Positions 19,385-29,134 of a DNA stretch of 64,000 nucleotides are shown piece by piece. Position 1 is the first letter of the stretch. Each line of letters opens with the position of its first letter. The notes beneath the pieces were generated by a model that saw only the letters and a list, made by a program, of their open reading frames with translations, was not told the origin of the DNA and made no database searches. The stretch spans positions 4,514-68,513 of the forward strand of contig CAIKKJ010000091.1 of NCBI GenBank assembly GCA_903827955.1. Reading direction: 5' to 3'. The DNA comes from an uncultured Verrucomicrobia subdivision 3 bacterium (lineage in GTDB: Bacteria; Verrucomicrobiota; Verrucomicrobiia; Limisphaerales; UBA11358). The translations under genes were made by a program, and so were the position numbers.

Positions 19385-19566
19385 AATGGATCGGGTGGAG
19401 TTCGCGAACTCGATGTTTGCCAGCATCGTCAATGCTCCGCCGAACCCAGCGAACGTATCCTTGTTTCTGTCGATTGAAACGCTGGCCGAGTTTTTCATAC
19501 AGCCCGGCTAGGATACGACGTTTGTCAGATTTCAGTCCGATGTTTTTTTGAGGATAATTCGTCCGG

Positions 19567-21186
19567 ATGTTCCCGCGATTTTTTTCCATGCCTGCTCGCG
19601 CCACGGTGATGGCGGTTGTGCTTGAGGTGCTCCCCTGTTGTTTTTTTGCCCGCGCGGAAGCCGCTTTGCCCATGCGTGAAATCTCGGCGGACTTCAATGA
19701 AACCAAAGGTCTGCACAGTGAAGTCTGGCGCGAATGCATCGGCGCGGGACGAGCCAACGAGGGTTTGCGTGCCGACTGGCAACGGCAGTTGAAGTTGGTT
19801 CAGGATGAAATCGGTTTCCGCGAAATCCGCTTTCACGGTTTGCTGCACGACGATATGGGCGTTTATTCGGAGACGAAAACCGGACAACCCATTCACAACT
19901 GGCAATATATTGACGAGCTTTACGATTCGCTGCTCGTGCTGAAGCTGCGGCCGTTGGTCGAGTTTGGCTTCATGCCGAACGCGCTTGCGGTCGGAAAGAA
20001 AAAAATGTTCTGGTGGAACGGCAACGTCACGCCGCCGAAGTCCTACGAGAAATGGGACAGCTTGATTGAAGCTCTGGTGCGTCACTGGACGGAGCGTTAC
20101 GGTGCGGATGAGGTGGCGAACTGGAATTTTGAAATCTGGAACGAGCCGAACTATCCCGGCTTCTGGGGGCCGCGCGATCCCAAGCAGCCGAAGGCAGAAT
20201 ACTTCGAGCTTTACGCGCACACGGCGGCGGCGGTGAAAAAAGTGAACGCCACCTATCACGTCGGCGGCCCGGCAGGCGCGGGGCCGGACTGGGTGGCGGA
20301 TCAAATCAATTTTTGCGTGTCTAATTCCGTGCCGCTTGATTTCATCAGCTACCACGCCTACGGCCTCGGCGACGGCCCGTCGGGCTTGGATCAATTCGGC
20401 GACCGCCTGTTGTATCTTTCCCCCAATTTACATTCGCCTGCCGACATCGCGAACAGCCAGCGCGGCGTAATTGACGGTTCTCCACTACCGCATTTGCCGA
20501 TTCATGTCACGGAATGGAGTAGTTCGTATTCGCCGCGCGACCCGGTGCATGATTCCTATTTTTCCGCGCCCTACATCCTGGAGCAGTTGAAGCGCACGGA
20601 AAACGGCATCGCCTCGATGTCCTACTGGGTGTTCACCGACATCTTCGAGGAGAACGGCCCGCCGCCGACGCCGTTTCATGGCGGCTTCGGGCTGCTGAAT
20701 TTGCAAGGCATCCGCAAACCCGCGTTTTTCGCGTATCGTTTTTTGAATCAGCTTGGCGCGACGGAATTGAAAAATGCCGACCCGCAATCGTGGGTCTGCC
20801 GCGATGAAAACGGCGGCGTGCAGGTTCTATGTTGGAACCTGACGCATTCGGCTGGTGGCAACATTTCCAACCAGGAATTCTTCCGCAAAATCCAGCCCGC
20901 TGGCGATGCTGCGACGGTGCAGTTGAAGCTGGCGCATCTGCCGCCCGGGAATTATCACGCGCAATTTTTTCGCGTCGGTTTTGAGAAAAACGACGCCTAC
21001 ACTGCCTACTTGAAAATGGGCGCACCTTCACAGTTAAGCCGTGAGCAGGTGCGCGAGCTGGCCGGGATTGCTGCCGGCGCGCCGGAAATGGAAAGAGATT
21101 TCTCGGTGGACGATTCGGGAAATTTCTCGACAGCGCTCACGCTCCGCACCAACGATGTCTGGCTCGTGAAGCTGGCTCTAAAATAA
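19567..21186 (+). CDS. GH39 family glycoside hydrolase (beta-xylosidase-like)
   Basis: Signal peptide present. REIRFHGLLHDDMGVY, acid/base motif NFEIWNEPNY, nucleophile motif IHVTEWSSSY. Confidence 0.85.
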   Translation: MFPRFFSMPARATVMAVVLEVLPCCFFARAEAALPMREISADFNETKGLHSEVWRECIGAGRANEGLRADWQRQLKLVQDEIGFREIRFHGLLHDDMGVYSETKTGQPIHNWQYIDELYDSLLVLKLRPLVEFGFMPNALAVGKKKMFWWNGNVTPPKSYEKWDSLIEALVRHWTERYGADEVANWNFEIWNEPNYPGFWGPRDPKQPKAEYFELYAHTAAAVKKVNATYHVGGPAGAGPDWVADQINFCVSNSVPLDFISYHAYGLGDGPSGLDQFGDRLLYLSPNLHSPADIANSQRGVIDGSPLPHLPIHVTEWSSSYSPRDPVHDSYFSAPYILEQLKRTENGIASMSYWVFTDIFEENGPPPTPFHGGFGLLNLQGIRKPAFFAYRFLNQLGATELKNADPQSWVCRDENGGVQVLCWNLTHSAGGNISNQEFFRKIQPAGDAATVQLKLAHLPPGNYHAQFFRVGFEKNDAYTAYLKMGAPSQLSREQVRELAGIAAGAPEMERDFSVDDSGNFSTALTLRTNDVWLVKLALK

Positions 21187-21191
21187 TTTTT

Positions 21192-23540
21192 ATGGCGAAG
21201 TTGCAAAACAAAAATTTAAACCCACGAAAATTGGCGCTGCCAGCCTACAAGAATCCTGCGTTGCCCATTGCGCGCCGCGTCAAAGATTTGCTGTCCCGCA
21301 TGACACTGGAGGAAAAAGCCGCGCAGATGGTGAGCATCTGGCAGGAAAAGGCGGCGAAAATTCAGGATGCGGACGGACGGTTTGATCCGGTCAAAGCGAA
21401 GAAACATTTCGGCCACGGCCACGGCATCGGGCAGATTGCGCGGCCCAGCGACGCAGGCAGCAAGCCGAGCGACGCCGGCGTCGGCAGCACGCCGCGCCAG
21501 ACAGCGGAGCTGACGAACGCCATCCAGAAATTTTTCATCCAGGAGTCGCGGCTGGGCATCCCCATTTTTTTTCATGAAGAATGTCTGCACGGCCACGCCG
21601 CCATCGGTGCGACAAGTTTTTCGCAGCCCATCGGTCTGGGCGCGACATTCAATCCGGCGCTGGTGGAAAAACTTTACGCTGTCGCGGCGGCGGAGACCCG
21701 CGTGCGCGGCGCGCATCAGGCGCTCACGCCGGTCGTGGACGTGGCGCGCGATCCGCGCTGGGGCCGCGTGGAAGAAACTTTTGGCGAAGATCCGTTTCTC
21801 GTCACGCAACTCGGCCTCGCGGCCGTGCGTGGTTTCCAGGGCGACAACCAATTTCAGAACCGCCGCCATGTGCTTGCGACGCTGAAACATTTTGCCGCGC
21901 ACGGCCAGCCGGAGTCCGGCCAGAACTGCGCCCCGGCGAACGTCTCGCTACGTGTGCTGCGCGAGACGTTCTTGCAGCCGTTCAAGGAATGCATCCAGCA
22001 GGCGGGCGCGGCGAGCGTGATGGCGAGCTACAACGAGATTGACGGCGTGCCGTCGCACGCGAGCGAATGGCTGCTGCGCGATGTATTGCGGAAAGAATGG
22101 GGGTTCAAAGGTTTTGTCGTTTCAGACTACTACGCAATTTGGGAGCTGGGCCATCGTCCCGATACGCACGGACATTTTCTCGCGGCGGACAAAAAGGAAT
22201 CGTGCGCGCTCGCGGTGCGGGCGGGTGTGAACATCGAATTCCCCGAACCTGACTGCTATCTCCACCTCGTCGAACTCGTCCGCGAAAAAGTTTTGCAGGA
22301 ATCGCAGCTCAATGATCTGGTCGCGCCGATGTTGCATTGGAAATTTCAGATGGGGCTGTTTGAAAATCCGTTCGTGGATCCTGACGAGGCCGGGCGAGTG
22401 GTGAACTGCGCCGCGCATCGCGAGCTGGCTTTGCAAGGTGCGCGCGAAACCATCACGCTGCTGAAGAATAAAAAAAATCTGCTGCCGCTCAATCCAAAAA
22501 ATCTGAAAACCATTGCGGTTATTGGCCCGAATGCCGACCGCGAAATGCTCGGCGGTTACAGCGGCAAGCCGGCGCAGTTTAAAACGGTGCTGGCGGGCAT
22601 TCGCGCCCGTGTCGGCGAAACGGTAAAAGTGACTTATGCCGAAGGTTGCAAGATAACCGTCGGCGGTTCGTGGAACATGGATGCCGTCACGCTGCCGTCG
22701 GCGGTGGAAGACCGTCGTCAAATTGCTCAAGCGGTGAAGGCGGCGGAGCAGGCGGACGCCGTCGTGGTCTGCATCGGCGGCAATGAACAGACCTCGCGCG
22801 AGGCGTGGTCGCTCGCGCATCAGGGCGACCGCACGACGCTTGATTTGATTGGCCGCCAGCAGGAATTGGTGGACGCGCTGCTTGCCACCGGCAAGCCGGT
22901 CATTGCCGTGTTGTTTAACGGCAGCCCGCTCGCCGTCACCTCGCTGGCGCAAAACGCCCCGGCGATTTTGGAGTGCTGGTATCTCGGTCAGGAATGCGGC
23001 CAGGCCGTCGCGGAAGTTTTGTTCGGCGACGTGAACCCCGGCGGCAAATTGCCCATCAGCGTGCCGCGTTCCGTCGGGCATCTGCCGGCGTTTTACAATT
23101 ACAAACCTTCGGCGCGGCGCGGCTATTTGTTCGATGACGTTTCACCGCTGTATCCGTTCGGCTTCGGTTTGAGCTACACGACCTTCGCGTTTAAAAACGT
23201 GCGGTTGAAGAAGAAAAAAATCCGCGCGAAAGATTCGACGCAGGTTTTAGTGGACGTGACGAACACTGGCAAGCGCGCGGGAACGGAAGTGGTGCAAATG
23301 TATGTCCGCGACTGTGTGAGTTCTGTGACGCGGCCGGTGAAAGAGTTGAAGCGCTTCCAAAAAATTTCGCTCTTGCCGGGTGAAACCAAAACCGTGGCAC
23401 TCGACATCTCGCCGGATTCGCTGGCGTTTTATGATATCAACATGAAATACATCGTGGAGTCCGGCGACTTTGAAATCATGGTCGGCAGCTCGTCGCGAAA
23501 CGAAGATTTGCAGAAGGTAATTTTGACGGTGACAAAATAA
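21192..23540 (+). CDS. GH3 family beta-glucosidase/beta-xylosidase
   Basis: MTLEEKAAQM, KHFAAHGQPESGQN, nucleophile region GFVVSDY, plus C-terminal alpha/beta and FnIII-like domains (FGFGLSYTTF). Confidence 0.95.
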   Translation: MAKLQNKNLNPRKLALPAYKNPALPIARRVKDLLSRMTLEEKAAQMVSIWQEKAAKIQDADGRFDPVKAKKHFGHGHGIGQIARPSDAGSKPSDAGVGSTPRQTAELTNAIQKFFIQESRLGIPIFFHEECLHGHAAIGATSFSQPIGLGATFNPALVEKLYAVAAAETRVRGAHQALTPVVDVARDPRWGRVEETFGEDPFLVTQLGLAAVRGFQGDNQFQNRRHVLATLKHFAAHGQPESGQNCAPANVSLRVLRETFLQPFKECIQQAGAASVMASYNEIDGVPSHASEWLLRDVLRKEWGFKGFVVSDYYAIWELGHRPDTHGHFLAADKKESCALAVRAGVNIEFPEPDCYLHLVELVREKVLQESQLNDLVAPMLHWKFQMGLFENPFVDPDEAGRVVNCAAHRELALQGARETITLLKNKKNLLPLNPKNLKTIAVIGPNADREMLGGYSGKPAQFKTVLAGIRARVGETVKVTYAEGCKITVGGSWNMDAVTLPSAVEDRRQIAQAVKAAEQADAVVVCIGGNEQTSREAWSLAHQGDRTTLDLIGRQQELVDALLATGKPVIAVLFNGSPLAVTSLAQNAPAILECWYLGQECGQAVAEVLFGDVNPGGKLPISVPRSVGHLPAFYNYKPSARRGYLFDDVSPLYPFGFGLSYTTFAFKNVRLKKKKIRAKDSTQVLVDVTNTGKRAGTEVVQMYVRDCVSSVTRPVKELKRFQKISLLPGETKTVALDISPDSLAFYDINMKYIVESGDFEIMVGSSSRNEDLQKVILTVTK

Positions 23541-23541
23541 A

Positions 23542-25047
23542 ATGAACAATCCCCAAAAACTCTCGTTCGTCGAAAAGGCCGGCTACAGTTGCGCCGATGC
23601 TGGTGCGAATTTCGTCTTCATGACGATGATTTTGTTCCAGACGAATTTTTACACCGACGTCTTTGGTCTGACCGCGAGCGCCGCCGCCGCGATTTTGCTG
23701 TGGCCGCGCCTGTGGGATGCGGTGGCGGATCCCATCGTGGGAATTCTTGCCGACCGCACGGACACGCGCTGGGGGAAATTTCGTCCGTGGGTTTTGTTCA
23801 CCGCCGTGCCGTGGGCGGTGGTCATGGTGCTGGCCTACACCACGCCCAAAGGCTGGAGCATGGGCGCGCTCATCGCCTACGCTGCCATCACGAACACGCT
23901 GCTCATGTCCATCTATTCGATGAACAACATGCCCTACGCCGCGTTGGGCGGCGTGATGACGGGCGATATCAACGAGCGCACGAAATTAAATTCCTTCCGC
24001 TTCATCGCCGTGAACGCCGCGCAATTCATCGTCGGCGGTTTCACGCTGCCGCTGGTCGCCAAATTTGCCGCCGGTTCCGACCGGCAGCACGGCTGGCAGA
24101 TGACGATGACCATTTGGGCAATGCTGTGTCTGGTTTTATTTGTCATCACGTTTGCGACCACGAAGGAACGCATCAAGCCGACCACGCGGGAAAAATCCTC
24201 GCCGAAACAGGACTTCACCGACCTGCTGAAAAACAATCCGTGGAAGGTGATGTTCGCGATGACGCTGGTCCACTTTGCTATCCTCTCGTTCCGGGGCGGC
24301 GCGCTTTACAATTATTACCACCACTTTGCCGACCGCGCGGCGATGTTTGACTTCGTGCAGAAGCTCGGCCTCGTCGTCCCGGCGGGCGCATCGGCCAACG
24401 GCCTGATGGAAACGCTGGGCTACATCGTCCACGGTGACCGGGCGGAACTGGCGAATTCAAATGTTGCGGATGTGTTCAATAGCATCATCAATATGCTTGG
24501 CACGGCGGTGACTATCATCGTCATTCTGCTGTCCGCACCGCTGGCGCAAAAATACGGGAAGAAAGCCGTGGCCATCGCCGGCTTTGCGCTCTCCACTGTC
24601 AATGCGCTCGGGTTTTATCTGCTCGCGCCGACGAACACCACGGGCATGGTGCTGTTCACGGTGGTCGGTTCGATTGTTTATGCGCCGACGATTCCGCTGG
24701 TGTGGGCGATTTTTGCGGACGTGGCAGATTATTCCGAATGGCGGACGGGGCGGCGGTTCACCGGCATGGTGTTTGCGACCATCGGCTTTGCGCTGAAATC
24801 CGGCCTCGCGCTCGGCTCGGCGGGTTTCCTCTGGATCATGGCGGGAATTTTCAATTACGACACGAAACTGCCGGACGCGCTGTCGGCAGTGCAAGGTTAT
24901 CGTGCGTGCAGCGGTTTGGTGGTGGGAGTAATGTTCGGCATCTGCACGCTGCTGCTGCTGACGTATCAGTTAAACAAGCGGGTCACGATTCAAATGGCGG
25001 ACGAACTTGCGGAACGCCGTAAAAAGTTTGCGGCGCAGGCAAATTAA
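23542..25047 (+). CDS. Glycoside-pentoside-hexuronide (GPH) family cation symporter
   Basis: 501 aa, about 12 TM. N-terminal LSFVEKAGYSCADAGANFVF and DAVADPIVGILADRTDTRWGKFRPW are typical of MelB/XylP/YicJ-type transporters. Confidence 0.85.
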   Translation: MNNPQKLSFVEKAGYSCADAGANFVFMTMILFQTNFYTDVFGLTASAAAAILLWPRLWDAVADPIVGILADRTDTRWGKFRPWVLFTAVPWAVVMVLAYTTPKGWSMGALIAYAAITNTLLMSIYSMNNMPYAALGGVMTGDINERTKLNSFRFIAVNAAQFIVGGFTLPLVAKFAAGSDRQHGWQMTMTIWAMLCLVLFVITFATTKERIKPTTREKSSPKQDFTDLLKNNPWKVMFAMTLVHFAILSFRGGALYNYYHHFADRAAMFDFVQKLGLVVPAGASANGLMETLGYIVHGDRAELANSNVADVFNSIINMLGTAVTIIVILLSAPLAQKYGKKAVAIAGFALSTVNALGFYLLAPTNTTGMVLFTVVGSIVYAPTIPLVWAIFADVADYSEWRTGRRFTGMVFATIGFALKSGLALGSAGFLWIMAGIFNYDTKLPDALSAVQGYRACSGLVVGVMFGICTLLLLTYQLNKRVTIQMADELAERRKKFAAQAN

Positions 25048-25054
25048 AGGACTT

Positions 25055-26170
25055 ATGAAAAATATTTTTATGCTGGGCGGCCTTTGGTTGGGACTGGTTT
25101 TGCCGGCCAGTGCAGACGCTACATCATTGACCTTGAAGGAGGTGTTCAAGGACGCATTTCTCGTCGGGGCAGCCATCAATCGCGCGCAGATTTTTGAGGA
25201 GGACGCTCGCGGCGTGTCCATCATCAAGGAGCAATTCAACGCCATCAGTCCGGAAAATATTTTGAAATGGGGGCTCATTCACCCATTGCCCGGCCAGTAT
25301 GATTTTGAACCGGCCGACCGCTATGTTCAATTTGGCGAGTCCAATAAAATGTTCGTCGTCGGGCACACGCTGATCTGGCACAGCCAGACGCCGGCTTGGG
25401 TTTTTCAGGATGATCAAGGCCAGCCGCTGACGCGTGAGGCCTTGCTGGCGCGGATGCATGACCATATCGCCACGGTCGTCGGCCGTTACAAAGGTCGCGT
25501 AAAGGGCTGGGACGTGGTCAACGAGGCGGTGGAGGAGAATGGCCGGCTGCGCCAGACACCGTGGCTGAAAATCATCGGTGAGGATTATCTGGTGAAGGCC
25601 TATGAGTTCGCGCACGAGGCGGATCCGCAGGCGGAGCTTTATTACAACGACTATTCACTCGAAAATTCCGCCAAGCGCGCCGGAGCCATTGAACTGGTGA
25701 AAAAGTTGCAGGCGGCAGGGGTGCAGCTGACCGGCGTGGGGTTGCAAGGACATTACAAACTGTCTTCGCCCTCCGTGCGGCAGGTAGATGAAACCATTTC
25801 TGATTTTGCTAAGCTGGGTGTGAAAGTGATGATTACCGAATTAGACGTAGACGTGCTGCCCTCAGCCTCCCGTTCGATGAGCGCCGACGTCACGCGGCGG
25901 GAAAAATCCGGCGCGCGGATGAACCCGTTCACCAACGGCCTGCCGGACGAAGTGCAGCAAAAACTGGCCGCGCGTTATGGGGAATTGTTCGCGGTCTTTC
26001 TCAAGCATCACGGCACGGTGGCGCGGGTGACGTTTTGGGGCGTGACGGATGCCGACTCGTGGCTGAACGACTGGCCGGTCTTCGGCCGCACCAGTCATCC
26101 GCTGTTGTTTGACCGCGCAGGCCGGAGGAAACCGGCATTCGATGCCATTGTGCGCGGCCCTAAAACTTAA
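25055..26170 (+). CDS. GH10 endo-1,4-beta-xylanase
   Basis: Signal peptide MKNIFMLGGLWLGLVLPASA. GHTLIWHSQTPAW, acid/base motif WDVVNEAV, nucleophile motif MITELDV. Confidence 0.95.
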   Translation: MKNIFMLGGLWLGLVLPASADATSLTLKEVFKDAFLVGAAINRAQIFEEDARGVSIIKEQFNAISPENILKWGLIHPLPGQYDFEPADRYVQFGESNKMFVVGHTLIWHSQTPAWVFQDDQGQPLTREALLARMHDHIATVVGRYKGRVKGWDVVNEAVEENGRLRQTPWLKIIGEDYLVKAYEFAHEADPQAELYYNDYSLENSAKRAGAIELVKKLQAAGVQLTGVGLQGHYKLSSPSVRQVDETISDFAKLGVKVMITELDVDVLPSASRSMSADVTRREKSGARMNPFTNGLPDEVQQKLAARYGELFAVFLKHHGTVARVTFWGVTDADSWLNDWPVFGRTSHPLLFDRAGRRKPAFDAIVRGPKT

Positions 26171-26250
26171 GCGTTTCCGTTTCGGCCGCAACGGTGGGAA
26201 AGAATGAAATTGCTTTCGTTCACGAAACGCACAATGCTTTTTGCCATCAA

Positions 26251-26616
26251 ATGAAAAAGATTTTCTTGTCCGCAGTTTTGTTGCTGGCCTGGTGCGTGCC
26301 TGGATGCAGTTGGTTTCACCTCCACGGCTCGGCGGCGGGCAAGCCGGCAAAAGCCATCGCCAAACCTGCAGCGGTCATCATGCCCGACATGTCGCTCGCG
26401 GCCAAGGTCGTCACTGTCAACACCGTGGGGCGTTTTGTGGTGCTGAATTTCCCTGCCGACAAAATGCCGAAGCTGCAGCAGACCATGTTTCTCTACCGTT
26501 CCGGTTTGAAGGTGGCCGAGGTGAAAATCACCGGGCCGCAGGATCAGGAAAACAATATCGTGGCCGACCTCGTCTCCGGCGAACCCAAGATGGGTGATAG
26601 CGTCCGCGCGGACTGA
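26251..26616 (+). CDS. Small lipoprotein, unknown function
   Basis: MKKIFLSAVLLLAWCVPGCS lipobox. 121 aa with no recognised domain. Confidence 0.5.
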   Translation: MKKIFLSAVLLLAWCVPGCSWFHLHGSAAGKPAKAIAKPAAVIMPDMSLAAKVVTVNTVGRFVVLNFPADKMPKLQQTMFLYRSGLKVAEVKITGPQDQENNIVADLVSGEPKMGDSVRAD

Positions 26617-26618
26617 AC

Positions 26619-26945
26619 TTACTTCGCGCCCTTCGGTAATCTTTCCACGAACGATTGCACCGTTTTCGGCAGCGATTCTTTTTTGTAAGGCGAGTGGAGA
26701 TTGAAATAAATCCCGCACAACGGCCGTTCGCCGTCGGCTTGGCTCAAGATGACCGTCACTTCCTTGTCCAGCGCGATACCGTGGCGCATACCCGCCGCGC
26801 GACTGGCGTAGGCCTTGATGGCCTTTTGCACGAGCGACGTAAGGGATTCTGCAAATTCATCCGGCGTCTTGTGCAGGCACACGACGTAACGGTCAAAATT
26901 CCGCAACGCCTCGGCAATCTCTGGTTGGAACGTGTCCACGGTCAT
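26619..26945 (-). CDS. Hypothetical cytoplasmic protein, unknown function
   Basis: 108 aa ORF 39 nt downstream of yggS on the same strand. No motif recognised; it does not resemble YggT or YggU. Confidence 0.45.
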   Translation of the reverse strand: MTVDTFQPEIAEALRNFDRYVVCLHKTPDEFAESLTSLVQKAIKAYASRAAGMRHGIALDKEVTVILSQADGERPLCGIYFNLHSPYKKESLPKTVQSFVERLPKGAK

Positions 26946-26984
26946 ACTGTAACATAATCCATATCGGCAGATTTTCGATTTAAT

Positions 26985-27692
26985 TTAGTCGGCTGCTGCT
27001 GCCCGGATGATTTTCTGGCGCTCGCCAAACAGCGCTGTGCCCACCCGCACGATGGTCGCGCCTTCCTCGATGGCGATTTCAAAATCCCCGCTCATGCCCA
27101 TGCTCAACTGGGGCAGGGGAGCGCCGAGAAGTTGCTCGCACTCCAATTTCAACCCGCTTAATTTTTGAAAATATGGCCGCACCTTTTCCGCCGCCGGCAT
27201 GAACGGCGGGATAGCCATCAGTCCGTGGATTTCAATGCGCGGCAGTGCGTTCAATTCGCTCAACTCCGCCAGCAGTTTTTCCGGGGCGTAACCAAATTTG
27301 CTGCCCTCGCCGGCCACGTTCACCTCTAGTAGAATCGGCATCGTCTTGCCCGCCTGCTCCGCGCGTTTGGAGATTTCCCGTGCGATGGCGAGGCTGTCCA
27401 CGCCTTGGATCATTTCAAACAACTCCACCGCGTCGCGCACCTTGTTCGATTGCAGATGCCCGATGAATTGCCAGCGCGCCTTGCTCGGCGACAGCGGGAT
27501 TTTGGCCTTCGCCTCCTGCACTTTGTTTTCGCCAAAAAAAATCTGCCCTGCCTCCACTGCCGCGCGGATGGTTTCCGGCGGATGCGACTTGGAGACGGCC
27601 AGCAACGTTACGGAATTTTCTTCGCGTCCCGCCCGTGCGCACGCGGCGGCCATGCGTTCGCGGATGGAATTTAAGTTGTCGGCAAAGCTCAC
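26985..27692 (-). CDS. yggS: YggS family pyridoxal-phosphate homeostasis protein
   Basis: LLAVSKSHP, FGENKVQEA, WQFIGHLQSNKV and LSMGMSGDFEIAIEEGATIVRVGTALFG. Confidence 0.9.
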   Translation of the reverse strand: MSFADNLNSIRERMAAACARAGREENSVTLLAVSKSHPPETIRAAVEAGQIFFGENKVQEAKAKIPLSPSKARWQFIGHLQSNKVRDAVELFEMIQGVDSLAIAREISKRAEQAGKTMPILLEVNVAGEGSKFGYAPEKLLAELSELNALPRIEIHGLMAIPPFMPAAEKVRPYFQKLSGLKLECEQLLGAPLPQLSMGMSGDFEIAIEEGATIVRVGTALFGERQKIIRAAAAD

Positions 27693-27792
27693 GCTTGAAA
27701 ATTAACAGCAAAGGAACTAAAAAACAAAGTTTCAAAACCGCCGGTTGAAATTATTCTTTGTTCCTTCGTTCCTTTGTTGTTTAACTTTCGCC

Positions 27793-28206
27793 ATGAATTA
27801 CTGGCTCGTGAAATCTGAACCCGAAGCGTATTCGTGGTCGCAATTTTTGAAGGACGGCAAAGCCGCGTGGACCGGCGTCCGCAATTTTCAAGCTAGAAAC
27901 AACCTGCGTGCGATGAAAAAAGGCGATGCGGTTTTTTTCTACCACAGTGTCAGCGACAAACAGGTTGTCGGTCTCGCCAAAGTCGCAAAGGAATTCTATC
28001 CCGACGCCACCGCCGAGGAAGGCGACTGGTCGTGCGTGGATCTCGCGCCGGAAAAAACTTTCGCCCAGCCCGTCACGCTGGAGGTCATCAAAACCGATGC
28101 GGTGCTGAAAGAAATGCCGCTCGTCCGGCAGTCGCGCCTGTCCGTCACGCCGCTCACGCTGGCGCAGGCTGACCGGTTGCTCAAGCTCGCGTCCGCCAAG
28201 CCTTGA
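27793..28206 (+). CDS. EVE (PUA-like) domain protein
   Basis: MNYWLVKSEPEAYSWSQF...WTGVRNFQARNNLRAMKKGDAVFFYHS...VVGLAKV is the canonical stand-alone EVE pattern. Confidence 0.85.
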   Translation: MNYWLVKSEPEAYSWSQFLKDGKAAWTGVRNFQARNNLRAMKKGDAVFFYHSVSDKQVVGLAKVAKEFYPDATAEEGDWSCVDLAPEKTFAQPVTLEVIKTDAVLKEMPLVRQSRLSVTPLTLAQADRLLKLASAKP

Positions 28207-28214
28207 ACTACGCG

Positions 28215-29084
28215 ATGCCTGGCGATTATCAACTGGCCACGCTCGCGAACGGCGGCAAGACGCTTTTTTCCGCCAGCTACGGCGAGAAGATGCATCCCGG
28301 CCTCGGTCCGGCGGCGGAGGCGGAACTGCTTTACGTCCGCCAGTTGCAAATTTGCGAACGGCTGAAAAATAATTCCGGGGAGTTTGTCATCTGGGACATC
28401 GGCCTTGGCGGTGCGGCGAACGCCACGGCGGTCCTGCGCGCTACGAAAGAAATTCCAGGCACGCTTCGCCTCCTGAGTTTTGACAACACGGCTGAGCCGT
28501 TGGCGTTCGCCCTGAAAAATGCCAACGCGTTAAAATATTTGGACGGCTACGAAGAGCAAATTGAAAAATTACTGCGTTGGCCATGCATCGAATTTCAGAA
28601 CGGCGTTTCAAGCGTCCACTGGGAATTTTATGTGGAAGATTTTCCGGCTTGGTTGTCGGTCAGAGAACAGAGACCTAAAAAACTGGAGCCAAGTCCGCAC
28701 GCCATTTTTTACGACGCCTTTTCGCCCGCAAAAAATCCGGCGATGTGGACGTTGCCGGTGTTTGAAAATCTTTTCCGTGCGCTAGATTCCGCGCGGCCGT
28801 GCGCGCTCACGACGTATTCGCGCAGCACGCTGCTACGCGCCACGCTGCTGCTGGCGGGATTTTTCGTGGGGGCTGGCGGCGCCACCGGCATGAAGGAAGA
28901 AACCACTGTGGCGGCGAATGATTTGGGCCTCATCGCCGCGCCGCTTGGGCAACGCTGGCTGGAACGTGCGTTGCGTTCTGACAGCGCCGAGCCGCTGCGC
29001 GAACCGGTTTATACCCGCGCCAAACTCTCGTCGGCGACGATAGAAAAACTGCGGCAACATCCGCAGTTTAATTCGGGAATATAA
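28215..29084 (+). CDS. MnmC-N-terminal-like SAM-dependent methyltransferase (DUF752 / Methyltransf_30-like)
   Basis: IWDIGLGGAANA and FYDAFSPAKNPAMWT resemble the MnmC motif FLDGFAPAKNPDMW. A TTG at 28203 would overlap the EVE stop; the ATG is at 28215. Confidence 0.7.
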   Translation: MPGDYQLATLANGGKTLFSASYGEKMHPGLGPAAEAELLYVRQLQICERLKNNSGEFVIWDIGLGGAANATAVLRATKEIPGTLRLLSFDNTAEPLAFALKNANALKYLDGYEEQIEKLLRWPCIEFQNGVSSVHWEFYVEDFPAWLSVREQRPKKLEPSPHAIFYDAFSPAKNPAMWTLPVFENLFRALDSARPCALTTYSRSTLLRATLLLAGFFVGAGGATGMKEETTVAANDLGLIAAPLGQRWLERALRSDSAEPLREPVYTRAKLSSATIEKLRQHPQFNSGI

Positions 29085-29134
29085 GGCGTTGGTCGTATCC
29101 GCTGCGGGTGTTTTTCTGCCACGGTTGCATAATC

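Noticed and set aside
19385-19566. Possible gene fragment in the malectin-GH39 spacer (minus-strand ...ILAGLYEKLGQRFNRQKQGYVRWVRRSIDDAGKHRVRELHPI).
   Set aside because: It is the tail of a 129-aa antisense ORF whose N-terminal half overlaps the GH39 start. I recognise no family motif, so there is not enough evidence to call a gene or pseudogene.
26616-26619. Convergent genes 26251-26616 (+) and 26619-26945 (-) ending 2 nt apart, considered as a possible antisense-regulated pair.
   Set aside because: There is no overlap and no hairpin. Both are weakly supported hypothetical ORFs, so the geometry alone does not justify a claim.
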